Source: an uncultured Hyphomicrobiaceae bacterium
Lineage (GTDB): Bacteria > Pseudomonadota > Alphaproteobacteria > Rhizobiales > Hyphomicrobiaceae
DNA: 64,000 nt
Direction of reading: 5' to 3'
Assembly: GCA_963922535.1 (NCBI GenBank)
Contig: CAWUIN010000002.1
Coordinates: 16,957 to 80,956 of the forward strand
In this document: piece after piece, positions 42,164 through 51,701 of the stretch
Numbering within the stretch: the stretch's first letter is position 1
Layout of the letters: every line of letters starts with the position of its first letter
Position numbers and translations under genes: made by a program
Notes under the pieces: model-generated
What the model saw: the letters and a program-made list of their open reading frames with translations, nothing else
Told to the model about the DNA's origin: nothing
Databases searched by the model: none

Positions 42164-44071
42164 GCCATGTGCCTCGTCAACTTCCGGGGCCAAAATTTGC
42201 GTCTGGCAGAGCCGTGCATAAGAACCGTCACGCGCAAGCAGCGTTTTGTGATTGCCCATCTCAATAAGGCGACCATCGGCCAGAACGCAGATCAAATCTG
42301 CATTTTTCACCGTTGAGAGCCGGTGTGCGATAATGAACATCGTTTTGTTTTGCGAAAATTTTGTCAACGTACTCTGAACAATTTGTTCTGAGTGCGTGTC
42401 AAGTGCGCTTGTCGCTTCATCGAGCAAAAGAATTGGCGCATCCTTCAGGATTGCCCGTGCCAGCGTCAAGCGCTGGCGTTGACCACCGGAAAGGCGTTGT
42501 CCTGTCGTGCCGATTTGGGTGTTATACCCTGCAGATTGTTCGAGGATAAAGTCATGTGCTGCGGCTGCCCGCGCAGCGCTTTCAATCTCGTCTTGGCTGG
42601 CGCCTGGCCGGCCAAGTGCAATATTTGCGGCAATTGTGTCGTCAAACAGCGTCACATCCTGGCTCACGATGGCAATGGCATCGCGCAGGCTGCTGATCGT
42701 CACATCTCTGATATCCTGACCGTCAATCAGGATGGCACCTTCGGTAACGTCAAACAGACGTGGGATAAGATTAACAAGCGTGGTCTTGCCTGCGCCCGAG
42801 CGCCCAACCAGCGCTACCGTTGCGCCTCCCGGCACGTTCAGGGAAAAATTCCGTATGGCGATAGGCCGCTGGCCTTCGCCATCGCCGCCGGGGCCGGCAT
42901 AGTCGAATGTTACATTATCAAACGTGATCTGTCCTGCAGAAATAGACAGCGGCTTTGCACCTGTCCGATCTATTACGCATGGCTGATCATCGATAAGTTC
43001 GTAAAGCCGATCGGCTGCAGCCATGCCTTCATTGACACGTGCAGTTAAGTTTCCAAGCGCACGAATGGGCTGCGCAGCAATCAGCAGGGCACTGACAAAG
43101 CCCATGAAATCTCCAACCGACGCCATGCCGCTCGAAATACGCCAGTAAGCCAGCGCGATAACGCCTGCAACGGCAAGGCCGCCGAGGGCTTCAAGAATTG
43201 GATCAAGCCGTGCCCGTGCACGAACGGCCTTCATACGCAGTGAATAAATATCTTCGAAACTGGCATTCAGGCGGCTGACAGCATAATTCTCAAGGCGGAA
43301 TGTCTTAATCAGGCGGGCTGCCGAAAGCTTTTCGCTTAACAGTGATGTCATATCCCCCAGTTCAGACTGGGTGAGTTTGGCAACATCTCTCAAACGCTTG
43401 GAAATAGCCGCGATTGGCCATCCTGCAATCGGATAAACGCCAAGGACAATCAAAGACATTATTGGATCGAGGTGAATCATTGCGCCAATCAGCACAATTA
43501 TTGTCAGAACATCGCGTACGGCTGTACCAATCGTCGCCTGGACCGCACCCTGAACGGCCATGACATCGTTTGTCAGACGCGAAACCCTGTCACCCGGCGG
43601 GACTTCAGTCTGGCGGGCGAAATCCGCATCCATCAATCGGGCAAACACGAGCTTTTGCATTTCAGTGCCGACCTGCCAGACAATTTTATTACTGGCCACA
43701 ACCTGAAGATACATGAGGTTGCTGCGCAAAGCTGTAATGCTCACCACAGCAATCAAGATGTAAAAAATCACATCCTGATTGCCTGACTGGACGGTATCGA
43801 AGGCGTCGAAAGAGTGCTTGATGATCAGCGGATAGCCACCTGTTACGCCAGCCAGACCGGCGGTCAGGATCAGCGTCCAGATAATCTGGCGCCATTTTGG
43901 CAACAGAAATTCTCTGCCAAAGCGCAGCAGCCGGTTTTTCTGAAGACCACTGTCTTTATGTCTTTCCTGCAGGTTCTGAGGACGGTCGTTCACACACGCT
44001 CCGGAAGTTAGCTTAAGTTTTGACTTCTCTACCGGACCGGTCCGGATATCAGGGCTAGAGCGTGTCGTCAT
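42161..44071 (-). CDS. ABC transporter, fused permease/ATPase (MsbA/ABCB-type exporter)
   Basis: Six-TM ABC_membrane domain, then Walker A (GRSGAGKTT), signature (LSGGQRQR), Walker B (ILLLDEATSALD) and H-loop (AHRLST). Coordinates are taken from the ORF track. Confidence 0.9.
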   Translation of the reverse strand: MTTRSSPDIRTGPVEKSKLKLTSGACVNDRPQNLQERHKDSGLQKNRLLRFGREFLLPKWRQIIWTLILTAGLAGVTGGYPLIIKHSFDAFDTVQSGNQDVIFYILIAVVSITALRSNLMYLQVVASNKIVWQVGTEMQKLVFARLMDADFARQTEVPPGDRVSRLTNDVMAVQGAVQATIGTAVRDVLTIIVLIGAMIHLDPIMSLIVLGVYPIAGWPIAAISKRLRDVAKLTQSELGDMTSLLSEKLSAARLIKTFRLENYAVSRLNASFEDIYSLRMKAVRARARLDPILEALGGLAVAGVIALAYWRISSGMASVGDFMGFVSALLIAAQPIRALGNLTARVNEGMAAADRLYELIDDQPCVIDRTGAKPLSISAGQITFDNVTFDYAGPGGDGEGQRPIAIRNFSLNVPGGATVALVGRSGAGKTTLVNLIPRLFDVTEGAILIDGQDIRDVTISSLRDAIAIVSQDVTLFDDTIAANIALGRPGASQDEIESAARAAAAHDFILEQSAGYNTQIGTTGQRLSGGQRQRLTLARAILKDAPILLLDEATSALDTHSEQIVQSTLTKFSQNKTMFIIAHRLSTVKNADLICVLADGRLIEMGNHKTLLARDGSYARLCQTQILAPEVDEAHG

Positions 44072-44238
44072 TTAGCACACACGCTGATAACAATAGAGGG
44101 CAGAATTTTTATCTGCGCTCTTATTCCTTATTATCAGAAGTGTCTGCAGCTGAAAACGGGACACGCCCTTGTTTGTGCTGTCTGCATTAATTTGCGCGCT
44201 GCGTTTGCTTAAGCAGGACTGACGCCTGCTTCAGAACG

Positions 44239-44475
44239 TCAATCGCTGTCCGGCTCCAGGAGGCGATGCATATGGACAATGAAATAACGCATATGAGCAT
44301 TATCAACCGAGCGTTGTGCAGCATTTTTCCATGCATCGTAAGCAGTCGCGTAATTTGGATAAATTCCAACAATATCGAGATTGCCAAGGTCCTTGAAAGT
44401 CATATTGCTGACATCTTCCAGCTCTCCGCCAAAAACCAGGTGCAAAAGCTGCTGCGATTGGTTTTGATTGCTCAT
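44239..44475 (-). CDS. DUF4170 domain protein
   Basis: 78 aa. LHLVFGGEL..V....F.DL..LDIVGI.PNYA.A..AW...AQ..VDNAHMRYFIVH.HRLL.P is recognised as the conserved alphaproteobacterial DUF4170 pattern. Confidence 0.7.
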   Translation of the reverse strand: MSNQNQSQQLLHLVFGGELEDVSNMTFKDLGNLDIVGIYPNYATAYDAWKNAAQRSVDNAHMRYFIVHMHRLLEPDSD

Positions 44476-44503
44476 GTCATTTACCTTTGATTTTCTGCGT
44501 CAG

Positions 44504-45439
44504 TTAACGTAAGACAATATCACTAAGCAATCCTAGGAAAAATAGCCAGCCGACAGTAGAGTTTGATTTGAAGCGGGCCAGACAATTACCGCTATTTTCC
44601 GTATCAAGTGTGATGATTTGCCAGACAAAGTGCCCGGATATAAAGATAATTGCGAGGTAAAGCAACGGATCGGCGCCGGCAATCAGCGCTGCGGCAAGCC
44701 AGAGTGCGATTGACGCACCATAAAATAATATCAACCAGTACTGCGTATGCGCGCCGAAATGAAGCGCGGTGGATTTCAAACCAAGCAGCGCATCGTCTTC
44801 CTTATCCTGGTGGGCATAAATCGTATCATAACCGATGGTCCAGCAAACGCAGCCGGCATAAAGCAGAAGCGACACGAGCGAGAACTCGCCATGGATGGCT
44901 GCCCAGCCGACCAGCGCGCCCCAGTTGAACGTCAACCCCAGCACAATCTGTGGCCAATAGGTAAATCTTTTTGAAAATGGGTAAACGGCAACGAGGCCCA
45001 GCGAAGCAATGCCAAGCCAAATCGTGAATATGTTGAATTGTATAAGAACCAGAAAACCAGAGAGACTGAGGCAGATTGCGAATAAAAACGCCTGTCTGGC
45101 TGTAACCTGGCCAGAGGGAATTGGCCTTAGCGCGGTGCGCGCGACGCGCGCGTCATAATCGCGATCAATAATGTCGTTCCACGTGCATCCGGCTCCGCGC
45201 ATGACAAAAGCGCCAATGGCAAACAAAAGCAAATACCAAAGATTGAGAGCCTCATGGCCGGCCTGGAGTTCAGCCAGCCCTTGCCCCCACCAGCAAGGAA
45301 AGAGCAAAAGCCATGCCCCAATCGGCCGGTCAAAACGGGCTAGCTTGAGATAAGGCTTCATAAAAGCAGGCGCGAACCGATCAACCCAGTTGTCCGGCCT
45401 GGCATCCGCAATCAAAGAGCCATTGGTACTTTTGCTCAT
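44504..45439 (-). CDS. ubiA: 4-hydroxybenzoate polyprenyltransferase
   Basis: UbiA prenyltransferase motifs (..GAGCTWNDIIDRDYD.. and ..YAHQDKEDD..) and about 8 TM segments. Confidence 0.9.
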   Translation of the reverse strand: MSKSTNGSLIADARPDNWVDRFAPAFMKPYLKLARFDRPIGAWLLLFPCWWGQGLAELQAGHEALNLWYLLLFAIGAFVMRGAGCTWNDIIDRDYDARVARTALRPIPSGQVTARQAFLFAICLSLSGFLVLIQFNIFTIWLGIASLGLVAVYPFSKRFTYWPQIVLGLTFNWGALVGWAAIHGEFSLVSLLLYAGCVCWTIGYDTIYAHQDKEDDALLGLKSTALHFGAHTQYWLILFYGASIALWLAAALIAGADPLLYLAIIFISGHFVWQIITLDTENSGNCLARFKSNSTVGWLFFLGLLSDIVLR

Positions 45440-45618
45440 TGAACCTAATTTGCAAACCAGTAGATTGACTTATGTAACTTGTGTAAGCCAATTTGATCGA
45501 CGGTGCGCCGTGGTGGAAAGTCTCGCAGCGCGATTTCGCGTGCTGAACGTTAACACGCCCAGGCCCGCAGCTTATTAGTATCGCGGCCGGCATTATTTCG
45601 TGCAAGTTGAAACAAGCC

Positions 45619-46362
45619 ATGCCGATCCATGATTTCAAGTCGCAGCGGCTTTATTGTAACACCCCCATGACGGCACCGGGCGACCGGATTGTGTGCACGC
45701 CGGAGCAGGCAAACTATCTGTTGAACGTTTTGCGCCTCGGCCACGGTGCTACGCTTCTGACATTTAACGGCACAAGCGGTGAGTGGCATGCCGAGGTGCA
45801 GCCCGAGGGCAAGCGCAAATGCACTCTGGAACTGATTGCACAGCTCCGCCCGCAAACCGCCGGGCCGGATATTGTGTATCTTTTTGCTCCGCTCAAGCGT
45901 GCGCGTCTGGATTACATGGTCCAAAAGGCGACAGAGTTGGGCGTCGCAGCCTTGCAACCCATCTATACGCAACACACGGTGGCTGATCGTATCAACCTGG
46001 AACGCATGCGCGCCAATGCGATCGAAGCGGCAGAGCAATGCGGCATCCTGCGCATTCCCGACATTTGTAAACCACTGAAGCTGCCAGCCCGGTTGCAGTC
46101 CTGGGACGCGGAACGTACCTTAATTTTCGCCGATGAAGATGCCGAGGTTGCCGCACCGCTCTCAGCTCTGAACGCCATAAACACAGCAAAACTTGCGGTT
46201 TTGATCGGCCCGGAGGGAGGCTTCAGCGAAAATGAGCGCAGCCTGTTGGCAAAGCAGCCCTTTGTCGTCCGTGTGTCGCTCGGCCCCCGCATTATGCGCG
46301 CTGATACAGCTGGCGTTGCCTTGCTGGCGCTCGTTAATGCAACGCTTGGCGATTGGCGTTAA
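45619..46362 (+). CDS. rsmE: 16S rRNA (uracil1498-N3)-methyltransferase
   Basis: RsmE pattern: QRLY.., ..QANYLLNVLRL..G..L..FNG.SGEW.AEV.., ..LFAPLK..RLDY.VQKATELG.., ..IGPEGGFSE.E... The start (ATG at 45619 versus TTG at 45607) is uncertain. Confidence 0.85.
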   Translation: MPIHDFKSQRLYCNTPMTAPGDRIVCTPEQANYLLNVLRLGHGATLLTFNGTSGEWHAEVQPEGKRKCTLELIAQLRPQTAGPDIVYLFAPLKRARLDYMVQKATELGVAALQPIYTQHTVADRINLERMRANAIEAAEQCGILRIPDICKPLKLPARLQSWDAERTLIFADEDAEVAAPLSALNAINTAKLAVLIGPEGGFSENERSLLAKQPFVVRVSLGPRIMRADTAGVALLALVNATLGDWR

Positions 46363-46457
46363 TGCCGACGCCGAATAAATCGATTGTTCATCTGCAAGGC
46401 AGGCCATATAAATCAATAAAACCATGTCAGCCCTGTCTCTCTCAAGAAAGGTTCGCC

Positions 46458-47843
46458 ATGTCCACCAAAGAGCCGGGAGCGGCGAGCGCGCAAATCGAAT
46501 CCTACGATGACCTTATCGGTTGGATTGCAGCGGGCGAAAAACTCAGGTATCGCTGGAGGATCGGCACCGAACACGAGAAATTCGTGTTTCGCATATCGGA
46601 TCTCAGTCCAGTCCCCTATAGCGGTGAAGCAGGCATCCGTGCACTCATGCAGGCGATGATCGACGACTATGGCTGGCAGCCGATAAACGAGGGGGAGAAT
46701 ATCATCGCCCTGAAACGCACGAACGGCAGCAGGGTTCCAGAGACGATTTCACTTGAACCCGGCGGCCAGTTTGAGCTTTCAGGTGCACCGCTCGCAACCC
46801 TGCACGAAACCTGTGCCGAGGCGGGCCAGCATTTGACAGAATCGCTTAAAATCGGAGAACGTCTCGGCATCGGTTTTCTGGGTGCCGGCTTTGCACCAAC
46901 CTGGCGGCGGGAAGAAATGCCGATCATGCCAAAAAAGCGCTATGCGGTTATGAGCCGCTATATGCCGCTGGTGGGCGCCAAGGGCCTCGACATGATGTAC
47001 CGAACCTGCACTATCCAGGTGAACCTGGATTTTAGCTCGGAAGCTGATATGGTGAAAAAGCTGCGTGTTTCGCTGGCCCTGCAGCCGATTGCAACCGCGC
47101 TTTTTGCCTGTTCGCCATTCAGGGAAAACGCGCTCAACGGCTTTAAATCATTGCGCAGCGAGGTATGGCGGCACACCGATCCAGGGCGCACGGGAATGCT
47201 GCCGTTTGCCTTTGAAGACGGCATGGGCTACCAGCGTTATGTTGACTATGCGCTTGATGTGCCTATGTATTTTATTTACCGCGATGGACAATATATCGAT
47301 GCTGCGGGTGCTTCGTTCCGCAGATTTATGGATGGCGCACTTGAACAGCTGCCTGGTGAAAAGCCAACGTTGGGCGATTGGTCTGATCATCTGACAACAC
47401 TTTTTCCTGAAGTGCGCTTGAAACGGTTTCTTGAAATGCGCGGCGCCGATGGCGGACCGTGGCGGCGTATTTGCGCACTGCCTGCCTTCTGGGTGGGACT
47501 GCTGTACGATCAAACGGCGCTCGACTCGGCCTGGGATCTGGTCAAAGACTGGACGGCTGAGGAACGCGTGGCGCTGCGCAACGCCGTACCGAAGCTTGGT
47601 CTGCAGACGCCATTCCGCGATACTACCGTGCTTGATATCACACGGCAAGCCGTGCGTATTTCAGCCGCCGGCCTGAAAAACCGGCACATACTCAACAGTA
47701 AAGGACATGATGAAACGGGCTTCCTTGATTTTGTGCAAGACGCCGCCGCATCAGCCCAAACACCAGCGGATGAGCTTATCAGCCGTTACCATAACGCCTG
47801 GGACGGACAGATCGAACGGATGTTCGAAGAGTACGCCTTTTAA
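46458..47843 (+). CDS. gshA: glutamate--cysteine ligase, plant/alphaproteobacterial type (GCS2)
   Basis: 461 aa from the ATG at 46458. Contains ..IGTEHEKF.., ..ISLEPGGQFELSGAP.., ..TCTIQVNLDF.. and ..FPEVRLKRFLEMRGAD... Confidence 0.9.
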   Translation: MSTKEPGAASAQIESYDDLIGWIAAGEKLRYRWRIGTEHEKFVFRISDLSPVPYSGEAGIRALMQAMIDDYGWQPINEGENIIALKRTNGSRVPETISLEPGGQFELSGAPLATLHETCAEAGQHLTESLKIGERLGIGFLGAGFAPTWRREEMPIMPKKRYAVMSRYMPLVGAKGLDMMYRTCTIQVNLDFSSEADMVKKLRVSLALQPIATALFACSPFRENALNGFKSLRSEVWRHTDPGRTGMLPFAFEDGMGYQRYVDYALDVPMYFIYRDGQYIDAAGASFRRFMDGALEQLPGEKPTLGDWSDHLTTLFPEVRLKRFLEMRGADGGPWRRICALPAFWVGLLYDQTALDSAWDLVKDWTAEERVALRNAVPKLGLQTPFRDTTVLDITRQAVRISAAGLKNRHILNSKGHDETGFLDFVQDAAASAQTPADELISRYHNAWDGQIERMFEEYAF

Positions 47844-47913
47844 TGGACCTTTGAAAGTATAGTGGAGTGCGCTGGTTGCAATTTTTCAATTTGGCTTGAA
47901 TGTTAAAGTTAGC

Positions 47914-47961
47914 GCGTTTCGTCAATTACCTCCGGCTTCGCGCTGTGATTGACGACACGGC
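47914..47961. repeat. PAL-B palindromic repeat, short copy
   Basis: GCGTTTCGTCAAT - TACCTCCGGCTTCGCGCTGTG - ATTGACGACACGGC. The arms are imperfectly complementary. The right arm and core match 33857-33890 (reverse complement). Confidence 0.6.
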
Positions 47962-48179
47962 TCAATACTCATGACAACCTGCGCGATTAATTCAGCTCAT
48001 GTTCATGCACTTCATCATATTCTTTAATCTGGAATTTTACCAATAACTTTGAATGCTTCAAGCTTTTCCGGCGCAGGTTGAGACTGAATCTTATCTATTC
48101 GGCTGCAAGGTCAGCTGAAAGAATAAGTCCGTCACAATGCAATACGGAAGGCCCTGATAGCGTCAACGGGGAGGCTTGC

Positions 48180-48398
48180 GTGACCATAAAATCTTACATC
48201 GGTCTTTTCTTTGCAGTTATGTTAGCCGCTGTAGCCCATGGTTCGATCAATAGCTTTATCGCTTCGGAAGCCGAGGCCAGCACAACATGCGCGAGAGCTT
48301 GCTACGCTGACCATGCCCAATGTCGGCGCCGCACCAAGGGAAGCGACGCTTGCGAAACCGCACTCCAGTCGTGCCTGAGGCGCTGCGTCAATCGCTGA
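48180..48398 (+). CDS. small secreted cationic 6-Cys peptide (precursor 72 aa)
   Basis: GGGGAGG lies 5 nt upstream of the GTG at 48180. It has a signal-like N-terminus (IGLFFAVMLAAVAHG..ASEAEA). The predicted mature part STTCARACYADHAQCRRRTKGSDACETALQSCLRRCVNR has Cys spacing 3-6-9-6-3. Confidence 0.55.
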   Translation: MTIKSYIGLFFAVMLAAVAHGSINSFIASEAEASTTCARACYADHAQCRRRTKGSDACETALQSCLRRCVNR

Positions 48399-48525
48399 CG
48401 CGCTTATTCTGCGATGTTGAAACGAAGTAGATCTGGCTTGTTGTGCGAAGTCAGAGCGCGGAATGACGGAAAAAGAGGGATAAACGTGTCATCGCACACG
48501 GGCCCTGCAAAGCATCACACAAACG

Positions 48526-49068
48526 TTATAACGACCACCAGTAGGCAATGGCACGCGCAAGACCGTAACCAATGCCAAGTGCTGTGCCGGCCCATAAGAT
48601 GCACGAAATGGCACTCAGCACCAGAAATCCAATAAAGGGCATCGACAGAGCGCCGGCTGTCAAAGGCACAAACGGGCGAACTCCAAACGCGAATTTGCTG
48701 GCAATAAGAGCAAACCACCCCCATTGCCTGAACACAAGTTCGCTGCGCTCAAGCAGCATAGGATAACGCCGAAACGGCCATATGCGCGGCAGATCATCAC
48801 GAAAGTAGCGTCCGATAGCAAAAGACGCGCTGTCACCTGCGGTTGCGCCCACTGCCCCGGAGATCCAAAGAAGTTCTATCGAGCCGCCCGTTGCAGCAAA
48901 ACTGCTGCCAATTCCTGCCAGAAGGATGGTTGAAGGGACCAGGACAGCAAGCAGCACAATGCTTTCTGCAAATCCTATGAAAAAGACCGCTGCAACTGCA
49001 AGTCCCTGGTGTTGCTCGATCCATCGCAACAAGGCCGGGAGTACGTCGCTTTCCAAAAGCTCAGGCAT
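48526..49068 (-). CDS. DedA-family inner-membrane protein
   Basis: 180 aa with ..AVFFIGFAESIVLLAVLVPSTILLAGIG.. and ..RFF..KFAFGVRPFVPLTAGA.., typical of DedA/SNARE-associated proteins. Confidence 0.85.
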   Translation of the reverse strand: MPELLESDVLPALLRWIEQHQGLAVAAVFFIGFAESIVLLAVLVPSTILLAGIGSSFAATGGSIELLWISGAVGATAGDSASFAIGRYFRDDLPRIWPFRRYPMLLERSELVFRQWGWFALIASKFAFGVRPFVPLTAGALSMPFIGFLVLSAISCILWAGTALGIGYGLARAIAYWWSL

Positions 49069-49342
49069 GTTGATATTGTAAATTTATGCTGCAATTTCTA
49101 CTTGATGCGATAGGCTAAGACGTGTTTCTAAATGCTTCACAACATTTAACGATACGCAATGCCGCAATCTGATCTTATAATGTGTGCTAAGATGTCGCTA
49201 GTCGGGGTTGCACTCTCGACGACAATGCCTAACCATGATCAAAGACAAACATATAGCAACAAACGATTTGCAACAAGTTCGGCTCGATCGAACTGGATTG
49301 GTGCGTGCAGAATACAGCACTGTACTACGATCTGAGGAAAAG

Positions 49343-50617
49343 ATGTTACCAATGCAGCAGGAACCTGCTACGACACATGTAAATAGAATGCGGCTGTTTA
49401 ACCGCAATCGACAGCAACGACTGCGTCACGCTGTTTTGCGACACAAAGCTATTTCCCGTCAGGGAATTCAGGAACGCCTTTTCACGATGGTCTTCTCCGG
49501 CCTTGTGTATCCGCAAATCTGGGAGGACCCGATCGTTGATCTGGAAGCGTTGGATTTGAAGGATGGTGAGCACATCGTTGCCATTGCTTCAGGCGGCTGC
49601 AACATTCTGAGTTACCTTTCTGCCGCTCCGGTACGCATTACTGCTGTCGATCTTAATACCGCCCACGTTGCGCTGAATAAATTGAAGCAGGCGGCGGTGC
49701 GGCATTTTCCGGATTACCGCACCTTCCATCGTTTTTTTGCGGAAGCTGACGCGCGCGATAACGTGCAGGTATATGAGCAATTCATTCTCCCGCATCTTGA
49801 CGAAACATCCCGCAAATATTGGGAAAGCCGCAATCTGATCGGCCGCCGGCGCATAGCCTACTTCCGCAACAATCTTTATAAACACGGTTTGTTGGGTGCC
49901 TTTATAGGTATGAGCCATATGCTCGCCCGCTTTCATGGCCGAAATCCACGCAAAATTCTGGCGGCCCGCAGTCGCGCTGAGCAACGTCAAATCTTCGAAG
50001 CCGAATTGGCGCCATTGTTTGAAAAGCGCCATATACGCTGGCTTTTGAACAAACCATCGGCTCTGTTTGGTCTCGGTATCCCACCATCGCAGTTTGAAGC
50101 GCTTAAGGGCAAGGAAAAGCACATGTCAAAAGTGCTTCTGCAGCGCCTGGAACGCCTGGCTTGTGATTTTGACCTGCAGGACAATTATTTTGCGTGGCAG
50201 GCGTTTGGCCGCCGCTATGCAACCGGAGGAGCTGGCCCGCTGCCGCCCTATCTTAAACCGGAAGCTTTTGAGAAATTACGCCAGCGTATCGATAACCTTG
50301 AAATCGAGCATCGCTCCTTCACAGAATATCTCGCCGCGCAGGAAAACGCTTCTCTGGATGGTTACGTTCTTCTGGACGCCCAAGACTGGATGACCAACGA
50401 AATCTTAACAGGACTGTGGCAGGAGATTGATCGTACCGCCAAACCAGGTGCGCGCGTCATATTCCGGACAGCCGGAGAGGAAAGCATTCTGCCTGGCCGC
50501 GTACCCGATGAAATTCTGGCAAAATTTACTTACGATGAAGAAAAATGCCGCGAATGGGTAAAGAACGATCGTTCATCCATTTACGGCGGCTTCCATCTCT
50601 ATGTTCACAAAGGCTGA
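49343..50617 (+). CDS. btaA: S-adenosylmethionine:diacylglycerol 3-amino-3-carboxypropyl transferase (DUF3419)
   Basis: Has the ..VYPQIWEDPIVDLEAL.. signature, ..IASGGCNILSYL.., and a C-terminal ..DAQDWM... It is followed directly by a methyltransferase, as in the known btaAB operons. The start is taken at the ATG at 49343 (GAGGA upstream), while the longest ORF begins at 49208. Confidence 0.8.
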   Translation: MLPMQQEPATTHVNRMRLFNRNRQQRLRHAVLRHKAISRQGIQERLFTMVFSGLVYPQIWEDPIVDLEALDLKDGEHIVAIASGGCNILSYLSAAPVRITAVDLNTAHVALNKLKQAAVRHFPDYRTFHRFFAEADARDNVQVYEQFILPHLDETSRKYWESRNLIGRRRIAYFRNNLYKHGLLGAFIGMSHMLARFHGRNPRKILAARSRAEQRQIFEAELAPLFEKRHIRWLLNKPSALFGLGIPPSQFEALKGKEKHMSKVLLQRLERLACDFDLQDNYFAWQAFGRRYATGGAGPLPPYLKPEAFEKLRQRIDNLEIEHRSFTEYLAAQENASLDGYVLLDAQDWMTNEILTGLWQEIDRTAKPGARVIFRTAGEESILPGRVPDEILAKFTYDEEKCREWVKNDRSSIYGGFHLYVHKG

Positions 50618-50646
50618 GCAGCCCAACCCGGCGTGGGAGATACTTC

Positions 50647-51306
50647 GTGAGTAACCGAACTGGCGATGCTGCCAAACACATGGACGGCATCTACAAATAT
50701 CAACGTTATATTTACGACGCGACACGCAAGTATTATCTACTTGGTCGTGACCGCATGCTGGATGAATTGCAGCCAGCAGAGGGCCAGAACGTGATCGAGG
50801 TCGGTTGCGGCACCGGGCGCAATTTAATTCTCGCTGCCCGGCGTTATCCCGGTGCTCGGTTTTACGGGTTCGATATATCAAATGAAATGTTGATCACCGC
50901 CCGCGCTGCAATAGCCCGGGCTGGTTTGTCGGAGCAGATTACCGTTGTGCAGGGTGACGCTACGGCATTTGATCCACAGAAGATGTTTTCTATAGACGGC
51001 GCAGACCGGGTTTTCATCTCCTATGCCCTGTCGATGGTCCCGCCATGGCGTCAGGCCATCGACGCGTCTATGGCTGCGGTTGGAGAGAGTGGCAGCCTCC
51101 ACATTGTTGACTTTGGGCAGCAAGAAGGCTGGCCTAAGTGGTTTAAGACGATGCTTTTCACCTGGCTGGAAAAGTTTTCTGTATATCCCAGGGCTGAGCT
51201 TGCAGCAGAACTCACCGCGCGCGCAGACGGCAGTGGCTTCAATCTCGATTTCCAAAAGCTTTATCGTGGATATGCCGATTATGCAGTGTTGCGGCGGCAA
51301 CCATGA
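50647..51306 (+). CDS. btaB: diacylglycerylhomoserine N-methyltransferase-like class I SAM methyltransferase
   Basis: Motif I is VIEVGCGTGRNL. A GTG at 50647 sits 6 nt after GGGAGA and 30 nt after the btaA stop. The alternative start is the ATG at 50680. Confidence 0.75.
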   Translation: MSNRTGDAAKHMDGIYKYQRYIYDATRKYYLLGRDRMLDELQPAEGQNVIEVGCGTGRNLILAARRYPGARFYGFDISNEMLITARAAIARAGLSEQITVVQGDATAFDPQKMFSIDGADRVFISYALSMVPPWRQAIDASMAAVGESGSLHIVDFGQQEGWPKWFKTMLFTWLEKFSVYPRAELAAELTARADGSGFNLDFQKLYRGYADYAVLRRQP

Positions 51307-51422
51307 TTTTATGCCACTGACCTTTAACATTTAAAGTTTTATATAAGGGCAGATAACCGGGGGCATTTGGGTCAGGTCACTTTGAGCATGCGATACAGCC
51401 CAATGGCGCGCCAGTTGAAAAG

Positions 51423-51701
51423 TCAGGAGATTTCTTCGAGCTGTTTAAATAGCTCCATCTGCTGCGTGATTTGGGAATTTCTGTTTTTATTGCGGCGCAT
51501 GTCTATGATACTTTTCACAATAATCATGCCCTCAGCACCAACCGTCTCGATAGCTTCTTGATAGGTGTAACCGGCTTGCTTAATGAGATCCATGCGATCC
51601 AGAATGAGTGCAATCGACAAGCGCTCGCCAGTGTTATATGACGCAAAAGGTCTGCCGTTTTCAAATTCCTCAACGAGATTTACCGTCGTAATACCAATCA
51701 T
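51423..51701 (-). CDS. orphan hypothetical protein (92 aa) in AT-rich islet
   Basis: It is the only ORF of 60 aa or more in this patch. The SD is weak and no motif was recognised. The composition is protein-like (mixed charged and hydrophobic residues). Confidence 0.35.
   Translation of the reverse strand: MIGITTVNLVEEFENGRPFASYNTGERLSIALILDRMDLIKQAGYTYQEAIETVGAEGMIIVKSIIDMRRNKNRNSQITQQMELFKQLEEIS

Noticed and set aside
42354-42362. There is an apparent 1-nt frameshift in the ABC-exporter gene at an A4T5 homopolymer junction. When I hand-translate the printed sequence, I get ..TLTKIF.. instead of the track's ..TLTKFSQNK... By my count the stop codon falls at 42160-42162 rather than 42161-42163.
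   Set aside because: The supplied ORF track gives one uninterrupted 636-aa ORF with a perfect ABC C-terminus (H-loop AHRLST). My manual counting of homopolymers across a line break is less reliable than the computed track. I treat the gene as intact and give the MITE right end as +/-1. The homopolymer is worth a re-check in the raw reads.
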